Shown: positions 26,485 to 39,978 of the stretch, in pieces
How the letters are laid out: each line of letters starts with the position of its first letter
How positions within the stretch are numbered: the first letter of the stretch is position 1
Assembly (NCBI GenBank): GCA_013265495.1
Contig: MU058584.1
Location: 5,524,508-5,588,507 of the forward strand
Length of the DNA stretch: 64,000 nt
From: Vicugna vicugna
Taxonomy: Eukaryota
Direction: 5' to 3'
The notes under the pieces: model-generated
Seen by the model: only the letters and a program-made list of their open reading frames with translations
The model's database searches: none
What the model was told of the DNA's origin: nothing
Program-made: the position numbers and the translations under genes

Positions 26485-27720
26485 TACTGTTTCTGGATGA
26501 CAGAGCAGCTTAGAGCAATCAATGCTACTTTCCAAGAACAACTAGAAAACTAGGATATATAAAATATATATATATAGTTTGATGACCTGGGAGAGCATCT
26601 AAGACAGCCAACTTTGATGATCCAGGATTCAGAAATATAGAAAGCTTACTGAAGTGAGTACAGCATTCTTCATGCTGCTTGTACCTGAGGACATGTGCTG
26701 AGACTTAGATCAAGCTGGACAAAAGACTGAGAAGCCCGCAGAGGAAGGCTGTCAAGAAGCAAAGAAGCCAGCAGAGCTTTTGATGATGTCACAGGGGTAA
26801 GCAGACAAAAACTGGAATCTGGGCCCACCAAAGCAGCCAAGATCTGAGGGGCAAGGATCCCAGAGGAAAGGAAACCATAGAGAAGTGAGCTCAAATCTGT
26901 GTTTGTTCAATGGCGCTTTCAACAGCCTCAAAGTTCTAGGGAGAGAAAAATGCGAGTTCAGACCCACCAAACAGGAGATCCCTGGTAAACAGACAGCCTT
27001 TCTGACTCTTGGAGCATTACATTCTAAAAGCCTGGGTTAACGAAAGATAAACTGATGGTTACAAAGTTTGAAACAAGTTTTGTGTTCACTCAATGTTTAG
27101 TCCTTCACCATACTGACATGGATTTCCCCCATTCTAGCTCTGCATCTCCAGAAACATAAATACAGCTTTCACACACAATGTCAAGCTTTCAGAGATAAAC
27201 TACCAGACATACCAAAAAAGACCAAGAGAAAAAATGGAAAATAGGAAGAAATCCATGAATAGCCTAGTTATTATCTTAAAAAGGCTTCAAAATGACGATA
27301 GGTGTAAATATATATATGTCAAGATTAATAATTTCACCAGAAAGCCAGAATCTATTTTTTTAAGTCAAGCAGAAATTCAAGAATGAAAAGTAAATGCCAA
27401 CATAGCAACCTATAACTAGCAAACTCACCCTTCAAAAGGGAAGGTGAAATAAAGACATTTTTCAGACAAGCAAAAAACAGAAAAGTTATTGCCAGTGTAC
27501 CTTCACTGAAAGAAATTCTGAAGGGAATTCTAAAGGAAAAAGGAAAATTATACCAGATAATTCAAGGAATAGAAGGACTGAAAAATAACAGAAATGTACA
27601 TAGGTGAGTAAATCTAAATAAATAATGAATATACAAAATAGTAATAATGTCTTGTGGGATATTAAATAAGTAGAGTTTGAGTGCATGTCAATAAGAATAT
27701 AAAGGATGTGAGGGGAAGAC
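26485..27720 (+). mobile_element. Ancient L1M 5'/ORF1-region fragments
   Basis: aaactcacccttcaaaagggaaggtgaaataaagacatttttcagacaagcaaaa (ORF1 C-terminal motif) and upstream A-rich L1-like sequence. Confidence 0.65.
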
Positions 27721-30002
27721 AATGTTCTTCAAACTATGTGAAGCCAAGAAAGTATCCCCTAATCAGTTGTTCAACCTGCTCTCAAATTCCAATTAACATC
27801 AGTGAAGAGAATCTCTCGTAAAATAATAGGTAAACAAATTGGAGATGTTCTGTCCAATTTTTCACCCGCTGTTCTGTTAGAATGACTTTTCTTCATCTCC
27901 TACTGCTCAGCCAACTGGGAAATAATTCTCAAAATGTTTAGTAAATCAGTGTCATTCAAACTTTATGAAATGAATGATAATCATTAATCATGGCAATAAC
28001 AACAACGCTGCTTTTTAGAGAACCTACTAAGTAGCAGTTTCTTTACATACATGATCCCATTTGAGTCTCACAACAGACAATGCAGGTTGACAGAAACAGG
28101 GATACTATTTCATGGAAAAGGTCAGTAAAGCTCTGAAAGTTTGAACACTGGTCCAAGATTACACAGCAAAGAAATGAGTAAGTCAGAACTCAAACTTTGG
28201 TCCTTCAGACTTTGCATACGTCACGTTTTATCCCATTAAACAGCACTGCCTATATAAAATGATGCAAAAATCAGTGTTTAAAAGAAGTGTTCAGTCAGTG
28301 TGTCTAAACTAATGATGACCTGAGTTATTTAGCTACATTTCTATGTAGTTAAATAATTCTAGACAGGGTCAAGTTTTGTAAACTTTAACAACCATGTAGG
28401 AAAAAGGAAATGGATTATTTATTACAAGATGGGATGGAGAAATCATGTCACTCTCTGTGACATTAGACATATTTAACAAAATATGTCTCTTCAATTAGAT
28501 CCCAATTCCAGAATCTTAATAAATCAAGAGTCAGTGAGATGTGTCCTTCTAAAAATACCATCAGTTTAAGATAACAGAAATTTTCATAAATTTAAGAAAT
28601 TATAGAAACTATATATATTATATTGCCCATAAGTTGCTGCTTTGAAACCATTTTCACTGTGAGCATCAGATCTAATATAGTCATGATCTCTAAGAAAAAA
28701 AACAATAAAAACAATTACTTTTTTATCATAAAAGAAAAAAAAAGTAAATAGATACCAGAGGTCACACTTTTCTGGGGAAGGAATAGAACTGTGTTAATTT
28801 TTAAAATTCCATCAGAAACCAAACAACATAATCAGATGCTGAAGGAACAGTTTGCAACTACTAATCAGTTCAATAAATCTGATAAAAAAACCATCACACA
28901 GGAAAAGAGACAATAACCTATGTCCTCAAGATTTTTTAAATGCCCAAGCTCTCGAGTCTGACCTCTTAAGAGTTTTGACATAGTTTCACAATAGTACCTA
29001 CATACAAAGAAAAAATATTTCATATTCTCTCAAAAAATTAGCTCATTCCTTCATCTGTAGCTGTGCTTTACCTTAACGAGATTGTTTTAAGTACATAAGA
29101 ATGTCTTCTACAAACGAAGAAACAAAGTCTCAAGCAAGCACTGTTTCCTCTATGAAAAAAGGTTTACTATGCCAAGTAAAAATTGTATTCCAACTTGATT
29201 TAACCTAACTTTGTGGCTTACCTTTCTTTGTAGTAGAAGCTTGGGTTATTTGCTATTGTCAAAAGGTATCTGGAGATATACCAGTGGTACACCTGGACCT
29301 GGCAGAGAACATGATATATCTGAATGTCCCATTCAGGCTGGCCTTTTAACTAGCTGCCTGACTACACACACGCACATACACATGCACACACACCTAGAAA
29401 GTCACCTTTGAAATTTTAAGAATTTTACTCTTCAGCTAAGTTGAGCCACATCTAGCAAAGAACTCAATTCCTCTCTCTTATTTTTTAAATGATGACCCAG
29501 CTGAGTATCATTTTGTGCGAACCCTTCATTTCATGGGGAATGAAACTGAGGCCAAGCAAATATAAACGACTCGCATAGAGTCACAGAGCTCTTTAATGAC
29601 TGAGTTAAAACTGGAAACTCCACTTGCTGTGACTCAGCTCCTTCCATAATACTGGGCTTCTGGGGCCAGTTTGAGAGGGAGAAACTAACACCTTAGATGC
29701 ACATAGGGACACCTCCAGTTTTCTGCCACAGATTTTGTGATGGGAAAGTCACTGCCTGGATGATCACTGGGACAATAAAGATTCCTGTTCCTGTCAGAAA
29801 ACCACTATGCAGAACATTTAAAGATCACATTGTAGCAAAAAGAGACTTTTATCAAAGAGGCCAAATCATTTTTTCTTCTAAACATTTCAAATACAACTTA
29901 CATATAATAAAATAATGGCTCCTCCACGTTCCAGCACACTTTGTTCCAATTTTGTGAATAATCACCGTCTAACTTTTTTAATGTTAGAAGCAGATATCCG
30001 CA

Positions 30003-30497
30003 TGATGAGGTTCAGAACACACTACCCCCAAAAGATGACACCTTGGCGTACTGAATATTTTAAGCTGAAGGAGTTTGAGAAAACAACAGAAGCAGTAGGG
30101 TCACTTCGAACTTCCCCCAACACTTCTTTCCTGAAACCCTCATGTGAGAGGAGCCCTCCTAATACTCAGGAGCAGCACCCTCAGCCCTGAAAACAAAGGG
30201 ACACCGAGGGAAATCCCAACAAACAGGCCTTGCTGAGTTGTTCGAGTTTTCCACGCTTCCTTCATGCTCCACCTATCCTATTCCTCCGTGACTGGCCGGT
30301 CTTTATCAAACCTGGCATAACACGCTCAGGTCTGTTTCCTTGGGTCCTCATTTCCCTATGAAGACTCCCACATCACGTAAAGCTTATAGTAAATAAAAGT
30401 GTGTGATTTTCTCCTGTTAATCTGTCTTGGTCAGTTTAAATTTCAGAGCCAGCCAGGGGCCCTCAGGGGGTCAAGGAAAACTTTCTCCTCCCCTATA
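30003..30497 (+). mobile_element. ERV1 solo LTR (MER34-like)
   Basis: tgatgaggttcagaacacactacccccaaaa start, aataaa at ~30392, ctcccctata end; 4-bp flanks cgca/caca fit a TSD with CpG decay. Confidence 0.8.
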
Positions 30498-30987
30498 CAC
30501 ACTGTAGTCAAAAAGCTAAGAAGAGAGCCAATCAAAGGGAAGAGTGGCTTTCCTGAGGGGCAGTTGGGTGGAGGGAGGTAGAAGCACAGAGGTTAAGCAG
30601 CAAAAAGCACGGTGGTTCTACAAGACGGTAAAGAGTAAGAAACAACGTGCCAATGATTATGCAAATGATAATTACCCCTGATGCAGAGTGAGGAAGCTGT
30701 GATCAAAGTAGTTCTGTTCCTGTTGCTAAAGATCACCACCGAGCAACCTAAGCACTGACTGTCACTGCCAAGGAACTTGAGGGATCATGGCCCAAATCTT
30801 TAATATCCAATTTAAAATCCTGGTACAGGCAGGGAATAGTGTTCTGAAAGGACACTCAAGAATATGGTAAAAGTAGCTGCCACTGGGGAGCACCTGCTGT
30901 GTGAGGGGGTAGGGGGATTAAAGAGGGTACGTTTCAATTTACACCTTTCTGTCCTGTTTGGCCCTAACTGCTTCATGTTTGTATTGC

Positions 30988-31195
30988 TTTTTTTTTTAAC
31001 TGAAGTATAGTCAGTTTACAATGTTGCGTCAATTTCTGATGTACAGCATAATGTTTCATACATATACACATACATATATCTGTTTTTATATTCTTTTTCA
31101 TTATGGGTTACTACAAGGTATTGATTATAGCTCCTTGTGCTATACAGTATAAACTTGTTCTTTATCTACTTTATATATTATAGTATCTGCAGATT
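30988..31195 (-). mobile_element. Lineage-type L1 3' end with poly-A
   Basis: T-tract then aactgaagtatagtcagtttacaatgttg...tgtgctatacagta; similar to the L1 ends at ~42150 and ~52200. Confidence 0.85.
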
Positions 31196-34100
31196 TTCAA
31201 GAGGGGTTAAATTGTTTTCTAATTTATAGTTTTCTTTATCGTTTAACTTCAAATTACATTGAAAAATTGAAGCCAGATTTTTTTCTCTTTAATTAGGTAA
31301 GGACTAATTAAATACCCAACAAAGATATTACTTGTCAGTAGACCCTTTCTCATATTATATATCATCTAGAACTTTTGGCGTCCTCTTCTATTAACCATAC
31401 TATAAAATCAGAATATTAAGGTAAAAAAAACCCAACAAAAAACAAACAAAGAATACAACATGAATGTTAAGTAAATATACCAAGATGTAAACAGTTAAAT
31501 TTGGGTGGTAGCATTCTGCAATTTATTTTCACCATTATATTGTATTGTGTTCTCCAAATTTACTATTTCTTTGTAAAAATCATAAAAGGACTCTTTAAAA
31601 ATCAGTCTAAATAATAACATATCAGATATATGATACAAAAAGAATGGGAAAATTAACACTAAAAGTTTAAGATTATAAAATGTTACCTTTGTTTTATAAT
31701 ATTTTACTGGAGACTAAACAATAGATACAGTGATTTTTATTTTTATATGAAACTTCCCCTTCCCCTTTCCTTATAAAACAGATGGTCAGATAGATTGGGG
31801 TGGGTGAAGGGATGCTTTGAAGCAAAATGCATCTTAAGTAGCAGTGGAATGCAGAGAAAGTCACAAGAGCACAAATCCCCAACACAAAAGCAGAGGAGAA
31901 TATCCTTTTGTTTTATGCAAAAAGAGGTAAATCCACTAAGAACAAATCTAAAACTGGGTTTCAGAACTTGGAAAAAGGAAAACCATTCAGAGTTTTAAAA
32001 GAAAAGTCTGTTAGTTTTACACAGGCCTCTTAATATAAAGCACAATTGTATACGGAAGTTTCTATATATTTATGTTAAAATTTGGGTTTGATGTAAACAT
32101 TAGCCAAAATAAAAACAGGTGATGTGTCTGGAGCATGGTCCTGGAGTTAAACAATCTGCAACTAACTAGCTCTTAACTTCTACATACTCAGTCTCCTCAT
32201 TTAGAGAATGAGAAAAATCATACCTATTACAAACTGTCACAGAAATTAAATGTGAGCACATTTGTAAATGGGTCTGATAGACAGTATAGAAATTCAAAAG
32301 GTCTCCTGTTAGAACCAAAAGGCATCAGCTAATGTTCAACAGTAATCAAAACAGTGAATTTTTAACACTGTCAATAAATCAGCCTGCTTAAAGATGAGAA
32401 GCAAATCAAAGATCAGAAGTTCAGAGTGAAATAAATGATCACTCTTTAATCTCAGGGCATCGCAAACATCTCTAGTTCTTACGTGAATTAAAATTAGAGC
32501 TTAGATTTTTCTGAGAAATTGTCACAGGGTTCTGCAGATGAGCATTCAGGGCTGCATGATAGTGTTCAATCTCATGTCTGCAGTTTCAACTGTGGATTTC
32601 AGAATTCTTTAAATTAATAAAACCCTTACAACTGTCAAAGTGACTTGTTTCAACCTATCTATATCTTTATACACAAACTTACCATTTTTCAGTATAGGAC
32701 TCACTACGTACATGCCAAAAAGAATAAGGCCATCAGACCTTTATACATAATCGGATTTCCATCCATTAACTCATTTATTCAACAGACTGAGCACGTACCA
32801 TGTTCAAGGTACCATGCTAGGTACTTGGATACATCAAGACATAACAATGGTGATTAGAAACAAATATCGCCCTTGCCTTCATAAACCTTATAACCTTGCA
32901 GGGAGAAAAGCCAATTAAACAATCACACAAATACTTTTTTTGACCAAAAATAAAAAGAAACTATTGTATTGTGTTACTCTTATGTCTTTCTAAGAACTTA
33001 GAACTCCTGCCTCTGAATTCGCTGTTCTAATACAATCACAACTGACCACAGTTAAGTAGGTCATTTAATTTTTCCCTCATGTTACTCAAAACCCATTTCA
33101 CACTGTTTATATAACTATCAGAATGTGCTGTAAAGCACTTTACAAGTTTTATTTTTAATTTCCCTCTGACGGTATGCACTTTTAAATGTTGAAAAACCTC
33201 AGATTGTTTTTCCAAACTTACTTTGTAACACCTTCTAAGAAAGGAAAATGCCATTTTAAAATGTAGCAAATGAAAATCACTGTCTCTTCAAATGACACTC
33301 TAGGATGAGTCAGCTCCCAGTGCAGTCATTTTTTTTTAAACAGTAGGATTATACCATACCGATTATAGAGGTTAGTTTCTTCCATTCATTTTGAAAACAA
33401 TTTTCCTTATTTCAATTTCCTTTTTTTTTAAAAAAAAAATAGGTGACAACCAATAGAAATAATGTTCTTTCATTTCACAAAAGGTAAAATTTTAAAACCA
33501 TATATACATTGACTATAAACATGACAGTGACTAAACCTGCAGATAATGCTGGAAGAATGGACGGGATTAATACAGATGAGTTAGCCACATCCTAGCCCTT
33601 GTTATGACCTGAAGGTGTTCCACCACCAAATTCAGTGACTCAAGCATTCTCTTCACTGCCCATATCCTCTGTCCTTATAGTTAGTTTGTTCAACTCCTCC
33701 CTCTTTTACACCATCAGGCTTCCCAGTGTGACGGTCCTTTCACACATTCCCCACCTACCAGGCTCTCTTACCTTCACTTCCTTCCTTGTGCCATCTCAGA
33801 TTTCTTTATTTGTCATTTCAGTCACACTCTGGACAATTCTTCCCATTGCGCCATTTTGCCAAAAACCAACCCTAGATGAAGTTAACCACTGTGCTTTCTC
33901 TGTGCTTACAGTGGAGTTTGTAGTTTTACATTTTACATTTCGATCTGTGATCTATGTCAGAGTTAACTTTTGTAAAGAGTATAAATTCTGTGTCTAGTCA
34001 TTCGTTTAAGTTTTACTTATATACAGAGAGAAAAAGAGAAAGCGAGACTCCCTAAAAATTAGTCTTAATCAATGGTAATATAAACACTTTTTTAAGTGTA

Positions 34101-34445
34101 ACAAACGTATATATTATTGAGTAGAATATAAAATTCGTGTTAACTTGTAAGATTAAAATAGGTGATTTTATGGAAATTTCAACCAATGCTGGAATTCCAG
34201 GTGAAGTGATACTTAACGGGTGACCAAGCCTTTGGAGAATCAAATCACACCATACCTCTCTCAGCGAGTCTTAAAGAAAGGCCCAGCCCAACACGGATCA
34301 TGTGAAACTAATCATCTTTCCCATACATATGTGATTTTTAACAATCTCTTAATTCAAGAGTAAGTTTATTAAGTTTGTGCCACCAAATATAATTGTACCT
34401 TTGCCTCGTACACTTCAATATTACTGGTCAGAAAAAGCCATTCCA

Positions 34446-34888
34446 GAAATATTGATATTTGCAGCAACACGTATGGACCTAGACTATCATACTAAATGAA
34501 GTAAGTCAGATAGAGAAAGACAAATGTTATATGATATCACTTATATGTGGAATCTAAAAAATAATACTAATGAATCTATTTACAAAAGAGAAAAATAGCC
34601 TAACAAAAAAAGAAAACAAACTTCTGGGTACCAAAGGGGAAAGGTGGGGTGGGTGGGGAGAGATAAATTAAGATTATTAGATTAATGGATACACACCACT
34701 ATATTAAAAAATAGGTAAGCAACAGGTATTTACTGTATAACACGGGATATTCAATATCTTATAATAACCTATAATGGAAAATAATCTGAGGAAAATAATA
34801 TATTATATATATATAAAACTAAATCATTTGGCTGTACACCTGAAACCAACACAATATTATAAATTAATTATACTTCAGTAAAAAAGAA
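34446..34888 (+). mobile_element. 5'-truncated L1 3' end with TSD
   Basis: atttgcagcaacacgtatggacctaga...tatatgtggaatctaaaa...tatacttcagtaaaaaa; flanked by agccattcca repeats. Confidence 0.9.
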
Positions 34889-34902
34889 AAAGAGCCATTC
34901 CA

Positions 34903-35068
34903 ACCTTGTAATGGTCTATAACGAAAAAGAATATAAAAGGGAAAAAAATATATATGTATAAATGAATCACTACACTGTACACCAGAAAGTAACACAACAT
35001 TGTAAACCAACTATACCTCAATTAAAAAAAAACAAATAAATTCACAGGTAAAAGTTAAAAAAAAGAAG
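34903..35068 (+). mobile_element. Second short L1 3' end inserted at the same target site
   Basis: ttgtaatggtctataacg...ctgtacaccagaaagtaacacaacattgtaaaccaactatacctcaattaaaa; flanked by aaagagccattcca on both sides. Confidence 0.85.
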
Positions 35069-35314
35069 AAAGAGCCATTCCATTTCTGATGACACTATAA
35101 CAATCAAATACCGATCGGACCTGGCACCACCAGTACTGCTGAGCACAATGCGTGTGCCAGACTGAGTTTGCTCCTGCTGCTACTACTGTGGCCATCATTT
35201 GTTGGTCACCTACAGCAAGTGACATGGCCCTGAACCGTGTTGCCTGAACAGGAAATTCAAGAAACTCTAAAGGATTTTTCCTTTGAGGTCAAGTGGGAAA
35301 AACTTCAGAATAGC

Positions 35315-35485
35315 CAAGAACATGGACTCTAGAGTCATAAAAACTTGGGCTCTGTGACTATGGACAAAATACTTAACCTCTCTGAGACTCAGTTTCCCCA
35401 CGTGTAAAAGGAGAATACTAATAGTACTTTCCTCCTAGGGGAGCTGTGGGGATTAAATGACTTGGTGTATATAAAGCACTGAGGA
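35315..35485 (+). mobile_element. MIR SINE
   Basis: acttaacctctctgagactcagtttccccacgtgtaaaagg...ggattaaatga. Confidence 0.8.
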
Positions 35486-38415
35486 TTTCTGTCGTCCAAG
35501 TCTTACAGCAGGGATGCTGGCTTGCAGAGCCACCCGGGACTTTACAGCTGCACTGCACACACTCATCTCCCTCACTGGCCTTTGTCCGATATACACAAAG
35601 AGCCACTTTTGATTAGTGATGCTGTAGCGTGTTCTGCTGCAGATCCCAGTAAATAGTTTTCTAAAGGTCTTAAAAGAAAAAAATAAGTATGAAAGAAAAA
35701 AGAATGAGTGATGAAAAGAAAAATACAATTGTGACTGAAATTACATTTATTATGAAAAAACAGCTACTGAACATGTATAGTTATTTCTGCAATAAGTAAC
35801 TTTTTATAAAGGACATTTAATAAATCAGAGTCAGAGTACAAATTCTTGCCTTTTAAGGAGCTCCGACAATATTATGGGTCTGTTAATAGAAAACTGAGTA
35901 AAAATTTTCCTTTTAAATTTTATGACGTCATCTGTTACACATTAATCATCAGTTTTATAATTCAAACTTCTCAAAGGAAAGGCACCATTGAAAAAAATCA
36001 TAGATTAATCAACATGAAATTGCTGCTGCAGATTATAGATGTAAAAACTTAAACCATGTGTCTTGGCTTGGCATGGAAACACAATGATGTTATGGAAAAT
36101 AATAACATTCTTTAGCTAATATAATATTTAAAGTCATATTGGACATTATACTTATTAGGAACCTATATGTTCAAAAGAGCAGGTATCAGATTTGACTGTT
36201 TAGCTACTCTAAGATGCAAAATTAATTATGTGGGATAGTTTCCAGGACCAAGAAGAAATCTGAGGAGCCATGCAAATGTTTATGAACTAAAAGTAAAATC
36301 TGAAGAATTGCCTCCATTCCACAAAGCAAAGCAGAAATGTCCTGTACCTTATTTAAAAGAGAGAAATAGGTACTGATGAGAAAGCATGTCAGTCTAAGGC
36401 TTCTCTGGTATCTAAAATAAAGCACAGAAAATTTTTCAAATAAATTATTGAAATCTATATTTAATGGCTCAACAGTGAAGTAAAATGTCTACTTAAGGCA
36501 TCCTTTCAAGTAATTTTTCATTCTGGATAGTGATAAGCCTGGGGAAAATCAGGAAAAACTGAAAATCATACTTATTATCTAATCCCACATCAATTATAAA
36601 TTCAAAGAAACAAAATAAAATATTAACATGGATGAAAAAGTACTCCCCCCTAGTACATAAGCACTTGGGGTGAAGATTGTGTTCATGGGTGTATGTGCAT
36701 TTGTGTACATGTTAAGTGAAGATGAATATTTCGGAATAATACCTGATAGCAGTATGAAATTATCTTTATTGCTTTTTACAAATAAATTACTAGGTTTCCA
36801 ATGAGGAGTTTTGATTATAAACTGCTCCAATGTAACAGAGCCCCTTAACAAGTCCTTTACTCTTTTCAGGGACCCTGTATTCCGGTAAGACCTCAGGAGA
36901 GTATAGGAAAGATAAGGTATTAACCCAGCACATACTGACACAAATGTCAGTACTTTTAAAGGCTGAATACTTAAAATGCTTAGAAAGAAGGAAGAAAAGG
37001 AAGGCAGGCAGGCAGTGCCATTAATGTTTTGGCTTTTTTTTTTAAGGTACCAACCATCATTACCTTACATAAGTCAGTGGGATCCACTATTTACCTTTGA
37101 TTGCTTGAACTTATGACTCTTTTCGTGTTCTCTAAACTGCTACTATTTTGATTAACCTTTACAAATCTTACTTATCTTCCACAACTGTTAGAACCAAATG
37201 TTAAATCAAGCACATAGAAAAGGAAAGGGAAATAAACTAACAGTATGTCAGGCATAGGTAATACTCTATCTAGGTTAATTCTCCCCACAATTTGTCATAG
37301 AAGTACTCCCTTAATTTTCACCCACAAAATAGAGGTTCACAGAGGTTACAGTTAATTGTCCCGAGATTACACGAATCTAACTGCTCGTCAGGGCGAGTGC
37401 TAAAATTCAAAGGTTTTCTGTCAAAAATCAAAGCATCAAGGCTCATTTCTAGATACCTAGAGCACTGAATCAGGAAAAATATCAAAATCAAGAGTTTCAG
37501 ATCAGCCAAAAGAGCAGCAGCGATGGGAGACAGAAATGTAGCTACAAGGTACACCTGAGCACAAAAGCAGACAGCAATAATAAACCTAAGGGGCTCACTA
37601 ACAATGAAAACTCAGTTTGGCCTCAATCCAAGACAGAATGGGAACCATTCCAGAATTACAGAAGGACTTTGACGAGGTTACTGAGGCCCTTATTTATATG
37701 CTTCCAGCCATTGGATTTAAGATGTGTTGTAAGAGATTAAAGAAGAGGAGTTACTCAAAGTCAATACAAAACTCCTAGGGAATGAAAACCAGTTCAGGGA
37801 AGAGAAAGGCAACAGTAACATAATGTGGTGGTGTCGATTCAGACACACAGCAGATGTCTGTCTGCAAATTATTTCACTGCCATTATTTTGAAGGGTATTT
37901 TTGCTAGCTATAAAATTCTACGTTATAGAATTAACAGTTATTTAGGAATGCATCTTGAACAATACTTTGGATTCCTCTGCCCCAAAATAGTAACTGAGAA
38001 GACTATCTCAAGTAACTTCAGTTATTCAAAGAAACACATCTTTTAAAACTTAATAACATTATATACAAATCATCTATTATATGCCTGAAATTATAATGTA
38101 CATTTAGTTTCTGAAATTGTGAAATATGACTTTTTAAATGGCTGCAGTTTGCATATTTTACAATTACAGAACTAAAAAGGACCATTGTTAAGAGATAAAT
38201 ACTGAGAGTCATCAAGGTGCAAAATAGTATTTTGGACATAGAGGATAGGAATGGAAAATGTTTACAAAGCTGAATGAATAAGACAGTTGAAGGAGCTTAG
38301 AATCTAAATGATAGAAGACTCAATTATTAAAGTTTTTTTTAATCCCAGAAAGTATATGTAACTTAGAAACAGTTATTTATTATCATATATTTCCCATATG
38401 TTTAAAAATCTATTA

Positions 38416-38653
38416 CAGTGGTGGCTTTCAAACTTTTGATTATTACTCACAGTAATAAATTCACATCATGACCTAATAAACACAGACATGTAAATTTGTT
38501 ACTAACAAATTTCATACAGCAATGTTTATCCTTACTTTGTCCTGTGTACTAAGATATTTTTTATTCCAGTCTTTTTTTTTTGACACACTGACGGAGATCC
38601 ACTAAACTGATTTTATGACCTACTAGTAAGGCCGAAAACCTTTGAAAAACACT
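38416..38653 (+). mobile_element. hAT-Charlie-type MITE (related copy at ~61240-61468)
   Basis: cagtggtggctttcaaa...tttgaaaaacactg terminal inverted repeats; internal ccttact and ccactaaactgatttt motifs resemble those in the second copy. Confidence 0.65.
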
Positions 38654-39891
38654 GTATTACCATCCAACCCTCCCTCTACATCCTTCACTCTCAGGCCCAC
38701 CACCATCAAAAAGAAAAAAAAAAGTCTTCCCTACTAGAACCAAGCAACATATTAGTCACTAAAATAAATTTGCTGAATTGAAAACAGACTACAAAAGAAA
38801 AACAATTGTATATTCAAAGAAATGGAAGAAATCATTTCTGAGGGATATTTTAATTCACCTTGGCTACTGAACCATTCTTACATAGAAAGAGCAGTAGCTC
38901 AAAAGCGAGAGGAAATTGCAACTCTAATTCAACAAGGTTGTAAGGAAACAGCCTGTGGTGCTGTTGGGTCAGAACTAGGTGGCACACAGAGTCACATTGC
39001 TTAAAATTCTCACAGAAAGATGAAGCCAAAAAGAAGAAATGCTTCTGAAATCAGTTATCTAAAACAGAGTCCAGTGAAAGAGCCAATACAGCACTTCACT
39101 GCGATTAAGCAATTCTATTCTAGACAGCAAGGACAACCACCTCTACAGAACTAGTTTAACAGCTAAACACCAAGTTTCAAGAGTGTATTATTTAAATATT
39201 TATTTGTACATATTAATTTGAACCTATGAGAGCATAACTCAATGCCACTTAGAATTTTTATCTCTTCCATCAAGCAATGAAGTACTTGGCCAATTATAAA
39301 AAATCAAACTTTGTTGCAAGCTTTGTTAGCATATTTCTCATTACATTTTCCCACTTGCCCAAGAATTGAGAACAAACTTTTGCAGCTTCCCTCATTTCCT
39401 ATGGCATCTCACAATTCAGCCATCTTCTATAAATCAATATAAGTTTAACAAAATATTCTCATTACTATTTTAAAAAATACTTTAGTTGTAAGGAACTAGG
39501 ACATTTTGGCTGAAGTTTTAAAATACTGGTTCTCCCATGACTAGACAGCAATAAACAATCTCTGTTGCATTTTGGCTTATTACTTGCTACAAGGAAATGT
39601 CTACGACCTAAGCCATGTAAAGCTGTTCACACATTTCATCTTACTCTAGTCCTTCTATCTTCATCCTCCTTTCCACTCTTCCAAGTTTCAAAGTATTTAA
39701 TTTTGACACAAACTAAACTGTCTTTAATTGAATCTTCTGCTTAATGAGTGAAAGCTATAAATAAAAGAAGAAAATCTGTCTCACACAGATTTGCCAAAAT
39801 AAAAGCCAACGCACACAGCAAAATGGTAGGCCTTCTAACTAGCTATGCTTCCTACCACTGAACTACAGAGTTGTAATTTCCTCTTCCTTTT

Positions 39892-39978
39892 TTTTTTTAA
39901 ATGGAGGTCCTGGGGATTGATCCCAGGACCTCGTGCATGCTAAGCATGTGCTCTACTACTGAGCTAAACCCACCCCCT
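39892..39978 (-). mobile_element. tRNA-Ala(AGC)-derived SINE (camelid Vic-1-like)
   Basis: Minus strand ggggtgggtttagctcagtagtagagcacatgcttagcatgcacgaggtcctgggatcaatccccaggacctcca plus A-tail; TSD ctcttcctttt at 39881-39891 and 39980-39990. Confidence 0.85.

Noticed and set aside
36860..36890. Plus-strand 15-nt micro-exon pattern (tcttttcag...gtaaga)
   Set aside because: Antisense to NME7 with no partner exons; such matches arise often by chance.
39900..39978. Functional tRNA-Ala gene
   Set aside because: A-tail, TSD, altered T-loop and mismatched acceptor stem indicate a SINE copy.
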